IMG/VR virus record: IMGVR_UViG_3300023110_001575
Span: 1-64,000 of that record
Strand: one strand, 5' to 3'
Origin: an uncultured virus (IMG/VR IMGVR_UViG_3300023110_001575)
Lineage: Duplodnaviria; Heunggongvirae; Uroviricota; Caudoviricetes
Length of the DNA stretch: 64,000 nt
Below are positions 37,567 through 47,869 of this stretch, piece after piece; position 1 is the first letter of the stretch, and each line of letters starts with the position of its first letter. The notes beneath the pieces were generated by a model. It saw nothing but the letters and a program-made list of their open reading frames with translations. It did no database searches and was not told the origin of the DNA. The translations under genes and the position numbers were made by a program.

Positions 37567-39636
37567 ATGAGTGATCAATATGATGTAAGATTTACAGATT
37601 TTAGCAACAAGGGCAGTGTTACAGTCGATGCCGATGAAATAAACACAGAAACAAGTGTTAGTTTTATTGGTCGGAACAAATCAGATTATGGTTTGTCCTT
37701 AAATGAAAACTTCTTGCATTTACTTGAAAACTTTGCAAACAATGATTCTCCATCAAATCCAGTTGAAGGACAACTTTGGTATGACACAACCGCAGGAGTT
37801 GATCAATTAAAAATTTATGATGGCACTGGTTGGGTCAGTGCAGGCGGCATTAAAAAAGCCAGTTCTGCACCTGACAATAGTGCATCTACTGTAGGAGACC
37901 TTTGGGTCGATACTGTTAACCAACAGTTGTTCATTTATACAGGAAGTAATTATGTTTTAGTAGGACCGACTTACACACAAGGGTCTGCAACAGGACCACA
38001 ATTTGTAAGTGTTCTGGGAACTGATAACATAGAATATCCAGTTGTAATAAATTATGTAAACAGTGTTCCTATTACAATTTATGCTGAAACAGAATTTACA
38101 CCCAAAGCAACACTAGCAGGTTTTACCACAATTAAAAAAGGTATGACTGTAACTAGCAACGGCAAGTATTATGGTGTTTCAGAAAAAGCAGAAAATCTTT
38201 TAGTAAGCGGGCAAACATATGCAGGTAGTGAATTTGCAAGATTAAGTGCTGCTAATACATTTACACAGCCTGTTAGAATTTCAAACAGCAATGGATTAGT
38301 TGTCGGAGAAACAGAAACACTTGCTTTTAATATTACAGGTAGTAATTCACAGATTGTTAATAAAGCATCGGATGGTGCGATTGATTTTAGAGTCCAGTCT
38401 ACTCAAACTGCAATTAGAATAAAGTCAGATGGCAATGTAGGCATTGGCACACTTGCAGCAGAAGAAAAACTTCAAGTTGAAGGCAATATTAAATCTAGCG
38501 GAAAACTATCAATTGGATCTACAAATGATAGTTCAAGCATTAGTGATTCAAATGCAAGTTTATATACACCAGGCGGCGTAGCAATTAGTAAGTCGTTGAA
38601 TGTAGGTGGTAGTGCAAATATTGGAGGAAACTTAGAAGTAGGAGATATTACTCCACAGGCGCTTGGAAAAAATCTAGGCACTGCTGCTTTGCCTTACAAT
38701 AATGTTTATGGTAATACATTTAGAGGCAACCTAGTAGGTAATGTTACAGGTTCACTCACAGGTAGTGTTAGCGGATCAGCAGCAAAATTAAACAGTGCAA
38801 CAACGTTTAGTATAAGTGGTGATGTTTCTACATTAGCTGACTATAGTTTTGATGGTACACAAGGTGCAATTGAAATGGTAGTAGAAATTGATCCTGACTT
38901 AATTGCAGATAAAACAATTTACACTGATGATGATAAATTAAATGGCACAGAAACATTATTAATTTACAAAGAACAAAGAAACGCAAGTGATCCTGATAAC
39001 AATCTTCCGTTAGGATTATACAAGACAACAGTTGATAGTGTTCTTGCAACAATACCACAATTTCAACCAGGTATGATTATGCCATATGGTGCAGGAACCG
39101 CACCAACCGGTTGGCTATTGTGTTACGGACAAGAAGTTCTAATAACTGATTATCAAGCATTATACGACATTATAGGAACAACATTTGGTACACCTAGCAG
39201 CGCACTAAAATTTAAAGTACCTGATTTAAGAGGCAGATTTCCATTGGGTTATCTTGCTGGTGAGGGTAGAACACTTTCGACAGATGAAGACAGAGTGTAT
39301 GACGATGCAGCCGCAGATATTTTAGGTGCAGATGGTGGTAGCAATAGAGACTGGATTACAAAAGATCAACTTCCAGAACACGAGCATACATTGATGGGAG
39401 ATGCAGGTAATCAATATTATGCTGTAAACAATCTACCTAGCGCAGGTGATGGAAATAGTGTTGCTGTTAATACATTAGGGACTAATCCAGGAAGAGGTTT
39501 ACAAGGAACAGAAGGCGTTGATGGTTTAACAACTACAACAGAAACAATAGACGGTACACCACAAGACGTTGGTAACAAGTTTGATACTGTGCCTCCTTTC
39601 TTAGCAGTCAATTATATCATTTACACAGGGGCATAA
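37567..39636 (+). CDS. Tail fibre / baseplate protein with tail-collar domain
   Basis: Shared N-terminal NENFLHLLENFA...P..GQLWYD module, and C-terminal collar motif PGMIMPYGAGTAPTGWLLCYGQ...FKVPDLRGRF ending PPFLAVNYIIY. Confidence 0.8.
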   Translation: MSDQYDVRFTDFSNKGSVTVDADEINTETSVSFIGRNKSDYGLSLNENFLHLLENFANNDSPSNPVEGQLWYDTTAGVDQLKIYDGTGWVSAGGIKKASSAPDNSASTVGDLWVDTVNQQLFIYTGSNYVLVGPTYTQGSATGPQFVSVLGTDNIEYPVVINYVNSVPITIYAETEFTPKATLAGFTTIKKGMTVTSNGKYYGVSEKAENLLVSGQTYAGSEFARLSAANTFTQPVRISNSNGLVVGETETLAFNITGSNSQIVNKASDGAIDFRVQSTQTAIRIKSDGNVGIGTLAAEEKLQVEGNIKSSGKLSIGSTNDSSSISDSNASLYTPGGVAISKSLNVGGSANIGGNLEVGDITPQALGKNLGTAALPYNNVYGNTFRGNLVGNVTGSLTGSVSGSAAKLNSATTFSISGDVSTLADYSFDGTQGAIEMVVEIDPDLIADKTIYTDDDKLNGTETLLIYKEQRNASDPDNNLPLGLYKTTVDSVLATIPQFQPGMIMPYGAGTAPTGWLLCYGQEVLITDYQALYDIIGTTFGTPSSALKFKVPDLRGRFPLGYLAGEGRTLSTDEDRVYDDAAADILGADGGSNRDWITKDQLPEHEHTLMGDAGNQYYAVNNLPSAGDGNSVAVNTLGTNPGRGLQGTEGVDGLTTTTETIDGTPQDVGNKFDTVPPFLAVNYIIYTGA

Positions 39637-39637
39637 C

Positions 39638-41518
39638 ATGAGTTATAAGATTAATAAAACAGATGGTACATTACTAGTAGATTTGATAGATGGGCGTATC
39701 GATCAAGATACCACTGACTTAACTCTTGTAGGACGTAACTATAAAGGTTACGGAGAAATTTTTAACGAAAATTTTGTGCAAATGTTAGAAAACTTTTCTA
39801 ATAATGCTCCGCCGAGCAATCCATTAAGAGGTCAACTTTGGTACGACACAGAAGAAGGCAGATTAAAAGTTTGGACAGGAACAGAATTTAAAGCAACTGA
39901 TACAACAACAGTTTCAGACACACAGCCTACACTTATTGCAGGCGATGTTTGGATTGACAGCGGACGTAAGCAAATTTATTTTTCAGATGGTACATCAGAT
40001 CTTATATTAGCAGGCCCTGGGTATACAGCACAGCAAGGCGAAACAGGCTGGCGTACTGTAACTGTAATTGATAATTTTGGTATTGAAAGAATAGTCGCCT
40101 TACTAATGATTTCAGGTTCTCCTGCTGCACTTGTAAGTAAAGAAGACTTTACAGCAGCAGCAACAGATGCAAATCTAGCACTTATTCCTAATTTTGCAAT
40201 TACAATCAAAGCAGGTTTTAATATTTCAACAGCATTTGCTGATTTTGAGTTTGATGGCAATGCTGCAACTACAAGTGCATTACTTGACTCAACATTACAA
40301 AGTTATACACCAGACGATTTCTTAAAACTAGATCCGCCATTAGATAGTGGCAGCGGTCAGCGTAGAAATACTAGTAATGGTGTTATTTTTGTAAATGATG
40401 ATAACGGTCTTTATGTAGGAACAGATGGTGATTTAAGAACTTTTGTATCAGGAAATGAAGTATACCAAAGATTGCAAAACACTACAACCACTGCATTTAG
40501 AATGCAATACAAGTCAAGCGGTATTGACACTGACTTCTTTACCTTAGATAGATCATCTGGTAGAATTGGTTTATTTACATCATCACCTACATCCACAGTT
40601 GACATTACAGGTGATTTAAAAATATCAGGAGATTTATTAGTTGAAGGCGATGCAACTTATTTGAATGTTGCGACATTACGTGTTGAAGACAAACAAATAG
40701 AATTAGCAACTACAGACGATAGTAGTACACAAACAGATGCACAAGTTAATGAATCTGGTATTGTTGTTAAGGTAGACGATGGCGATGATAAAGAATGGAT
40801 TTGGGAACTAGCAAATAATGCATGGAACACAAATAAACAAAATATAAATCTAACAAGTGGCTATGCTTATATGATAGGAAACTCAAATGTTTTAACACAA
40901 AATGAATTGGGTGCAAGTGTTGTGAGTGCTCCAGGATTAACAAGCCTTGGTACACTGTCGAGTCTACAAGTAGATTATTTGAATTTGGATAATGCAACTA
41001 TTACAGCAACTACTTTCCCGCTTAACATTATAAGTGAAGGCGATATTGTTGTTGCAGGCACAGGCGGTAGTCCAAATGTAAAAATTACAGGTGTAACATC
41101 ACCTGAAGTTAGTGATCCGCCAGACTATGTTGCAACCAAGGGTTATGTAGACGAACTATATAAAGATACAGATATTAAATTTTCATTAGATATTACAGGA
41201 CTTTCTAATATACAAATTGCATTAGTTTTAGAAGACTTGTTCCCTGCTGTAGGTTATAACACAGGTGTGTACTGTTTTGTTCACACTGTTGATTATAGTG
41301 CAGGCGGTACTACAAGTTTTGATGTAGATGATAGTTTAACAAAAAGTTTAGTTGCAGTTGATAGTAATGGTGTTCAAAACCAATCGGTCTTACAGGACAT
41401 AAGTTTTACTACACAAGTAGCAACAGTATCATTTTCACCAACAAGAGGACTAAAACGGTTTATTATTGACGGTGCCTATAACTGGATATTTGTTGACGAT
41501 TTGGTATCTAGTGTGTAA
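39638..41518 (+). CDS. Tail fibre / baseplate structural protein
   Basis: Same N-terminal module (TDLTLVGRNYKGYGEIFNENFVQMLENF...GQLWYD), with beta-rich fibre motifs (V.DK.IEL, ATKGYVD). Confidence 0.7.
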   Translation: MSYKINKTDGTLLVDLIDGRIDQDTTDLTLVGRNYKGYGEIFNENFVQMLENFSNNAPPSNPLRGQLWYDTEEGRLKVWTGTEFKATDTTTVSDTQPTLIAGDVWIDSGRKQIYFSDGTSDLILAGPGYTAQQGETGWRTVTVIDNFGIERIVALLMISGSPAALVSKEDFTAAATDANLALIPNFAITIKAGFNISTAFADFEFDGNAATTSALLDSTLQSYTPDDFLKLDPPLDSGSGQRRNTSNGVIFVNDDNGLYVGTDGDLRTFVSGNEVYQRLQNTTTTAFRMQYKSSGIDTDFFTLDRSSGRIGLFTSSPTSTVDITGDLKISGDLLVEGDATYLNVATLRVEDKQIELATTDDSSTQTDAQVNESGIVVKVDDGDDKEWIWELANNAWNTNKQNINLTSGYAYMIGNSNVLTQNELGASVVSAPGLTSLGTLSSLQVDYLNLDNATITATTFPLNIISEGDIVVAGTGGSPNVKITGVTSPEVSDPPDYVATKGYVDELYKDTDIKFSLDITGLSNIQIALVLEDLFPAVGYNTGVYCFVHTVDYSAGGTTSFDVDDSLTKSLVAVDSNGVQNQSVLQDISFTTQVATVSFSPTRGLKRFIIDGAYNWIFVDDLVSSV

Positions 41519-41554
41519 TTAGGTAAATACAGTGCAGAGGGAGTAAGCTCACAA

Positions 41555-43018
41555 ATGGCATATACAATTAATAGATTTAACGGCACAGTCTTAACAAATG
41601 TTGAAGACGGCACAATTAACACTACTACAGATTTGAAGTTAGTAGGGAAGAATTATAGTGGTTACGGTGAAAGCCAAAACGAAAACTTTTTGTTTTTGTT
41701 AGAAAATTTTGCAGGTGTAAATGCACCTACAAAACCAATCAGTGGTATGATTTGGTTTGACAGTGGAACTAACAAACTTAAATTTTATAATGGAACATCA
41801 TGGAAGCCAGCAGGCGGCACTGAAATAAGCACAACAGCACCAGCAGGATCATCAGAGGGAGACTTTTGGTGGGATAGCAACAACGAGCAGTTTTATGTAA
41901 GATCAGCATCTGGCAACTGGGTGTTAATTGGTCCACAAGGTGTTGGCGCAGGATTTGGTGTAACACAAACTAAAAGTCTTACACTTACAGATACTACAGG
42001 TACCATTCATGCCATTTTGGCTACCTATGTAGAAGACACTGTAATTTCAACTATCAGTCCAGATACATTTACTCCTAACACAGCAAGTGCAATTACAGGT
42101 TTCCCAACAATTTATGCAGGTATTACACTCCTAAATTCAAATTCAGGAGAAACAACAACTACACATAGATTCTATGGTACTGCAACTAATGCTGACAAAC
42201 TAGGTGGATTAAGTTCTAGTGATTTTGTTAGATCAACAGGTACAACAAACTTTAGTTCTCTAGTTACATTTAGTGATATTGGATTTACATTAGGTACAGG
42301 CACAGATTTAACTTTTGAAATAGATACAGACGGTATTACACCTGTATTTAAAATGAATCAAGATAAGTTGCGTATTAAAGATAGTTCAGGCAATGTTGTA
42401 GTTTATTGGGATGCAACAGGTATGCATCCTGGTGCAAATGCAAACGGCACAATTTACAATTTAGGAAAAGGTGCTGAAAAATTTGAAAATGTATATGCAA
42501 CAACTTTTAATGGTACAGCAACACAAGCAGATACTTTAAAAGTTGGAAGTGCATATAGAAGTGCAGCAACTTCTGCAACATTTGATAGTATTGCAGCAAG
42601 AGATAGTGCAGGTAACCTAACAGCCGTTGTGTTTAGTGGTACAGCAACTAAAGCAAGATATGCCGACTTAGCAGAAAAATATACTACAGGTGATATAGAT
42701 TTAGAGCCAGGAACAGCAGTAGCAGTAGGTACAGATGATTGTTGCGAAGTAGTACCAGCAAAGTCAAGCGATATTTGCATTGGAGTTGTATCAACTGATC
42801 CTGCAATTATGATGAATAGTGAAGCAGATGGTCAATACATTGCACTAAAAGGTCGTGTTCCTGTAAAAGTAGAAGGTCCTGTAAAAAAAGGACAAGCAAT
42901 TTATGCATGGGAAGATGGTATTTGTAAAACAGTAGCAACCACTGCACTAATAGGTGTAGCACTTGAAACTAAAGACTCAGATGATGTAGGATTAGTGGAG
43001 TGTGTGCTAAAAGTATAA
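41555..43018 (+). CDS. Tail fibre protein with C-terminal intramolecular-chaperone / peptidase G2-like domain
   Basis: Same N-terminal module. C-terminal YADLAEKY...GVVSTDPAIMMN...IALKGRVPVKV.GPVKKG...IGVALE. TAAATA at 41524. Confidence 0.7.
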   Translation: MAYTINRFNGTVLTNVEDGTINTTTDLKLVGKNYSGYGESQNENFLFLLENFAGVNAPTKPISGMIWFDSGTNKLKFYNGTSWKPAGGTEISTTAPAGSSEGDFWWDSNNEQFYVRSASGNWVLIGPQGVGAGFGVTQTKSLTLTDTTGTIHAILATYVEDTVISTISPDTFTPNTASAITGFPTIYAGITLLNSNSGETTTTHRFYGTATNADKLGGLSSSDFVRSTGTTNFSSLVTFSDIGFTLGTGTDLTFEIDTDGITPVFKMNQDKLRIKDSSGNVVVYWDATGMHPGANANGTIYNLGKGAEKFENVYATTFNGTATQADTLKVGSAYRSAATSATFDSIAARDSAGNLTAVVFSGTATKARYADLAEKYTTGDIDLEPGTAVAVGTDDCCEVVPAKSSDICIGVVSTDPAIMMNSEADGQYIALKGRVPVKVEGPVKKGQAIYAWEDGICKTVATTALIGVALETKDSDDVGLVECVLKV

Positions 43019-43021
43019 ATA
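43014..43021 (+). promoter_or_regulatory. T4-type late promoter TATAAATA
   Basis: Perfect TATAAATA overlapping the upstream stop, before the AGGAG RBS and ATG 43046. Confidence 0.7.
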
Positions 43022-43045
43022 TACTAGTACTTATTAGGAGTTTCG

Positions 43046-43933
43046 ATGGCAGTAGGATCAGTAATATCAGCAGCACGTTACAATGCAATTCAGTCTCAAG
43101 TTGAACAAGTTTTAGGTGTTGGATCCGGCCGATTTGGTTATAACAATACAGTAACTAGTGCTCCGGTTTCAAGCGGATCAGGCACAGTAAACGAAGTGCA
43201 TATGTCAGCACTAAAAGCAGACTTAACAGATGCTTATGTACACCAAACTGGATCATCTCCTACACCTTTAACTAGTGTTGCTGTTGCAGATGATATTACA
43301 GATGCTGTATATTTAGAATACGAAACAATTGGAAATTACATATATCTAAATAAAGATGATTTGTATGCTTCTACTCAAGCAAGTGTAGAATCTAAAGTTT
43401 CATCATCAAGAGGTACTTCTAGTCCTTGGGGAGATATTTCATCAAGAGAAACAATTACACACGAATTTACAGCGACATTTACTGATGCAAATCATAGACG
43501 TGCATTTTTCAATGCAGGAGGTCAAGTTAGAGTTAGCACAACAGTAACAAATGCATCTGGTGCAAAAGGATCTGACTGGGCATCTATGATGTCAGCAATA
43601 GGTACAGTCGCTATGGATAGATCACAAACTACTGCATCATCGCCTGGAACATCGATTGGTAATTATGATCTTAACACAACGTATCAAACAATTTTTACTA
43701 AATCAGGTTCTGGTGTTTATGCAAGCAATAGTTATACTATTAAAGCTAAAGCAGACAGTGATACAGTTTTAAGATTTAAAGTTGAATTTTATGACGGTAT
43801 TCCTGCAATTGGTGCTGGTGGCACTGATGAAGCAGTTATTGCAGATATTACATCAAGTGTTTCTCAACTAAGGGCAACGGGTTCATATGTGTCAGTACCG
43901 ACTCCGACATACGCTAACGTTTCTACCTTATAA
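43046..43933 (+). CDS. Ser/Thr-rich virion structural protein (paralog A)
   Basis: I.A..YN start, HQTG, FFNAGGQVR and SGSGVYASNSYTI motifs, all shared with the next gene. Confidence 0.65.
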   Translation: MAVGSVISAARYNAIQSQVEQVLGVGSGRFGYNNTVTSAPVSSGSGTVNEVHMSALKADLTDAYVHQTGSSPTPLTSVAVADDITDAVYLEYETIGNYIYLNKDDLYASTQASVESKVSSSRGTSSPWGDISSRETITHEFTATFTDANHRRAFFNAGGQVRVSTTVTNASGAKGSDWASMMSAIGTVAMDRSQTTASSPGTSIGNYDLNTTYQTIFTKSGSGVYASNSYTIKAKADSDTVLRFKVEFYDGIPAIGAGGTDEAVIADITSSVSQLRATGSYVSVPTPTYANVSTL

Positions 43934-43951
43934 GTACAGTAGGAGTTACTA

Positions 43952-45223
43952 ATGCCGTTTACTATTGGCCAAACAATTACTGCATCTAATTATAATACAC
44001 TTCGTACAAACGTACTAGGTGTGTATCAAACTCTGTACGGACAATCACCTTATTCTAGCACAGTAACTGGTAATAGCACTCCTAATGCAGGTGATGGTGA
44101 TCAAATTACAACCACTGAAATGTTGAATTTATTTTTAGATGTTCAGGCAGCATACTTGCATCAAACAGGAAGTGTTAACAGTAATATTGCAGTACCAGAA
44201 GTTGGTTTAACAGTATCAGCAGACGAATCTGAAGCAGGCGGCCATAGCGGTATGATACTTGCTGTAGGTTTAACAAATCCTGCAACTATAACAACAGACA
44301 CAAACCATAATTTAAAAGATGGAGTGTTAATAACATTTAATGACGTAGAAGGTACTACTGAACTAAACGGATTAAGTTACTATGTCAAAGTTACAGGGTC
44401 AGCCGATATAGAATTGTATACAAACAGTGCGTTGACAACAGGTCTAAATGCAACAGGCTATACTACATTTAGCGGATACGGGCATTGGAATGCTCAAGCA
44501 ACAGCAGTAACAGACGGCACAAAAATGGGTTACAATGATTATGAAACAGCGATTTTAGATGTTGTAAACTTTAATGGAGAAGTATCAGGTTGGCCTTTGC
44601 TTACCAACTTTACTTTAGGAACACCTACTGCAAGTGCAACAAGAACAGCAAGTTGGGGCGGTACAGGTACAGGCGGCAGCGGTCCGCCTAATAGCATTTA
44701 TCATGTAGTAACAGTGACATTTACAAGTGCTGCCGCATTAGGATATTATTTCAACGCTGGCGGCCAAATAAGATTTAATGCTTCTGCGTCAGGCGGCTCT
44801 GATCCTAAAGATACAGAATGGATCGGTATGCTTAGTGCTATGGGCACAATATCATTTGACAAATATGATACTTCTGCAAGTAGCGGTACAAGTGCAGGCT
44901 TAGGCGCAGACGATCTAACAGCCTCATATCAAACTTTGCTAACTAAATCAGGAAGCGGTGCTTATGCAAATAACGAATATACACTTGAAGGACTTAAATC
45001 TGCTGGTAATGTGTTGAGATTTAGAATCAGCATGAATGACGATTACACCGGTACATTTTTTGATTACGACATAACTGCTGATTTTGATAGTTCTTGCACT
45101 TCTTTTAGACCAGACAGTAGTTTTACATATAATTCTACAACATATACAGCAGTTGATTTACCTCATCCTACAATATCAAACGCTACAGAATTGACTGCCG
45201 ATTTAGCAAGTCCTCCGTCATAA
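43952..45223 (+). CDS. Ser/Thr-rich virion structural protein (paralog B) with inserted beta-domain
   Basis: HQTG, YFNAGGQIRF and SGSGAYANNEYT shared with paralog A. Extra TNPATITTDTNHNLKDG...VEGTTELNG segment resembles FCCH-like phage modules. TATAAGTA and AGGAG upstream. Confidence 0.65.
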   Translation: MPFTIGQTITASNYNTLRTNVLGVYQTLYGQSPYSSTVTGNSTPNAGDGDQITTTEMLNLFLDVQAAYLHQTGSVNSNIAVPEVGLTVSADESEAGGHSGMILAVGLTNPATITTDTNHNLKDGVLITFNDVEGTTELNGLSYYVKVTGSADIELYTNSALTTGLNATGYTTFSGYGHWNAQATAVTDGTKMGYNDYETAILDVVNFNGEVSGWPLLTNFTLGTPTASATRTASWGGTGTGGSGPPNSIYHVVTVTFTSAAALGYYFNAGGQIRFNASASGGSDPKDTEWIGMLSAMGTISFDKYDTSASSGTSAGLGADDLTASYQTLLTKSGSGAYANNEYTLEGLKSAGNVLRFRISMNDDYTGTFFDYDITADFDSSCTSFRPDSSFTYNSTTYTAVDLPHPTISNATELTADLASPPS

Positions 45224-45262
45224 TTAAGTTAAATACGTACATTATTATGTAGGAGTATCCGT

Positions 45263-45610
45263 ATGGACGATCGTCTTGAACAAGCAATAGATTCTGCCAA
45301 TTTTTTAATTACATTAGAAAATACAAAACGCATATTGAAAGAGCAATATAAAGAATCTTTGGTTTGCTATCATAACAAAGGACAATTTAGTATTAGCATG
45401 GAACTTATAAGTTATTTGCAAACACTAATAGGCATGAATCAAACAGAAACTGTTCTAATTGACGATCACGATATTCCTATTCAAATCGAAAATTTAAAAC
45501 TTTTTGTTTTAGAAGTAATGAATCAATTTTATAATGCAAACAACAAATATCTTATAGAGTATAACAAACTTGTTAAAAAGAGGTCAACAAAGGATATTGT
45601 AGAAGTATGA
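45263..45610 (+). CDS. Hypothetical protein
   Basis: 115 aa with TAAATA (45230) and AGGAG RBS upstream. First gene of the modification cluster. Confidence 0.7.
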   Translation: MDDRLEQAIDSANFLITLENTKRILKEQYKESLVCYHNKGQFSISMELISYLQTLIGMNQTETVLIDDHDIPIQIENLKLFVLEVMNQFYNANNKYLIEYNKLVKKRSTKDIVEV

Positions 45611-46458
45611 GCAAAGGTGTCCTCTTTATTGCAAGAAACAATAAAGAAATTAACTATCTTTACCAAGCAGTGTTCAATGCACACAGAGTACACAAATATT
45701 TAGGTGTACCTGTTTCGATAATTACAGATAACAAAGAATATTTAGAAACACGATTCGATAGTCATCCTTTTGAACATGTTATAGAAATTCCAAACGATCA
45801 AGATTATGGATATAGAAAATACAATGACGGAACGTATTCTAAAAGAAATTTAGAATGGAAAAACACTTCACGGGCAAAAGCATACGACCTTTCTCCTTAC
45901 GAAGAAACACTATTATTAGATACAGATTATATAATTGCAAATAGTTTGTTAAAAGATTGTTTTAACCAATTACATGATTTTTTAATTTATAAGGATAGTG
46001 TTGAACTTAGTGGATGGAGAGACGTATCAGAATTTGAATTATGTAGTGACAAGACAATAGATTTTTATTGGGCAACTTGTGTATATTTTAGAAAAAGTCC
46101 TGACAACAAACGGTTCTTTGATCTGCTTCATCATATATCAGAGAATTGGGAACATTATAGAAACTTGTACCAAATTAAAAGTGCAATTTTTCGTAATGAT
46201 TATGTTTTTAGTGTTGCAATACACATAATGAATGGACATTATAAAAACGGGTTTGCAAAAACTTTACCTGGTAAATTGTTTTATACAATTGATAGAGATT
46301 TGCTTATTGACATTGATGGCGATGATTTTTTATTTTGTTTAGAGAAAAAAGATAGTTTTGGTAATTACATGCCATTGAGAATGAGAGGTTCTAATGTACA
46401 TGTAATGAATAAATTTAGTTTAACGAGAGCAATGTATGTCCCAGAATTCAAAGATTAA
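45607..46458 (+). CDS. GT-A fold glycosyltransferase-like protein (GT8-like)
   Basis: RAKAYDLSPYEETLLLDTDY contains a DxD motif, followed by FRND and HVMNK. Confidence 0.7.
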   Translation: MSKGVLFIARNNKEINYLYQAVFNAHRVHKYLGVPVSIITDNKEYLETRFDSHPFEHVIEIPNDQDYGYRKYNDGTYSKRNLEWKNTSRAKAYDLSPYEETLLLDTDYIIANSLLKDCFNQLHDFLIYKDSVELSGWRDVSEFELCSDKTIDFYWATCVYFRKSPDNKRFFDLLHHISENWEHYRNLYQIKSAIFRNDYVFSVAIHIMNGHYKNGFAKTLPGKLFYTIDRDLLIDIDGDDFLFCLEKKDSFGNYMPLRMRGSNVHVMNKFSLTRAMYVPEFKD

Positions 46459-47290
46459 TTTTACATTGTTTGCACAAAATACAGATGTTGATTATGTTCA
46501 GCAAGCATGTCTTTGCGCAATGAGTATTAAAAATTCAAATCCGAACAGTTCTATTTGTTTGGTAACAAATGATGTTGTGCCTGATAAGTATCAAAATTTA
46601 TTTGATTATATAAAAGAAATACCTTGGGGAGATGCTGCACAAGGACAAGAATGGAAGATTCATAATCGCTGGAAATTATACCATGTTACTCCGTATGATA
46701 ATACAATTGTATTAGATGTTGATATGCTTGTGCTAGACGACATTAGCCGTTGGTGGGAATTTTTACAAACAAAGGAATTATTTTTTACATCAAATGTAAG
46801 AACATATAGAAATGATATTGTCACAAGTAGATTTTATAGGCCAGCATTTGATAAATTTTATTTGCCAGATACTTATGTGGGATTTTATTATTTTAAAAAA
46901 TCTGATCTAGCACACACTTATTTTAAATGGCTCGAACTAGCAGTTAATAATTGGGAAAAGTTTCAAGGAGATTTTGCAGGAGGCAAATACTATCAGCGTG
47001 TAGCAAGTATTGACATGCTGACTGCAATAATTATAAAAATTCTTGGAATCGAAAACGAAGTCACCTGCAAAGTTAGAGATTATCCCCATTTTACACATAT
47101 GAAGTTACATTGCCAAAATTGGACTAATGTTAAAGTAGACAGTTGGCAAAAGTATGTAGGCACATATCTTACAAATGACGGTAAATTAAAAATAGGCAAC
47201 TATTTCCAACAAGGTGTCTTTCATTATACAGAAGATGACTTTGTAAACGATAGAATTATAAACATATATGAAAAGCTTGTAGGAGTTTAA
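46436..47290 (+). CDS. GT-A fold glycosyltransferase-like protein (GT8-like, paralog)
   Basis: RWKLYHVTPYDNTIVLDVDM contains a DxD motif, with FTHMK and FHY. Parallels the previous gene. Confidence 0.7.
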   Translation: MSQNSKINFTLFAQNTDVDYVQQACLCAMSIKNSNPNSSICLVTNDVVPDKYQNLFDYIKEIPWGDAAQGQEWKIHNRWKLYHVTPYDNTIVLDVDMLVLDDISRWWEFLQTKELFFTSNVRTYRNDIVTSRFYRPAFDKFYLPDTYVGFYYFKKSDLAHTYFKWLELAVNNWEKFQGDFAGGKYYQRVASIDMLTAIIIKILGIENEVTCKVRDYPHFTHMKLHCQNWTNVKVDSWQKYVGTYLTNDGKLKIGNYFQQGVFHYTEDDFVNDRIINIYEKLVGV

Positions 47291-47869
47291 ATGTTACAAA
47301 TATCTACTAACAAATTTATTTACTTTGATGAAAATGGAGAACTTTTATCTGTTAGCAATACTAACGCAGAAGAAGGGAACTGGATTGAAGTAGACATTGA
47401 TGCAGTTAAAGATATTTTAGATGCAAAGGATTCTATGACAAATTATAGTGTTGCATTTGATAGCACTACAAAAAAATATGAACTAAAGCATAAACTTATA
47501 GCAGTAGACTTCAATACTGATATATGGTATGACATTTTTGAAATACCAATTACAGAAAAAGCAGATGTAATTGTTACACAAGATTGTAAAAATAAAGAAT
47601 GGTTATTTGAACTAGATCCTATGATAGTAAAAGAAACAAAATCTAAAGACTCTTTTTATAACTTTCCTATGCAATTCTCGATCACAGAGTTTAATGATCC
47701 TCATAATTTATTGCAGTTTATTAAGTTTGGCTTTAGAGATTTGATAGAAGAAAATGTAGTAAAAGTTGCGTTTGATGATAATTTTAAGGTAGACAAAACT
47801 GACATAAGTGTGTATACTATTAAAAAATTCGATACCTATTGTCGGAGAACGGTGAATGAGCAAATTTAA
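47291..47869 (+). CDS. Hypothetical protein
   Basis: 192-aa acidic ORF with AGGAG RBS, inside the operon. Confidence 0.7.
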   Translation: MLQISTNKFIYFDENGELLSVSNTNAEEGNWIEVDIDAVKDILDAKDSMTNYSVAFDSTTKKYELKHKLIAVDFNTDIWYDIFEIPITEKADVIVTQDCKNKEWLFELDPMIVKETKSKDSFYNFPMQFSITEFNDPHNLLQFIKFGFRDLIEENVVKVAFDDNFKVDKTDISVYTIKKFDTYCRRTVNEQI

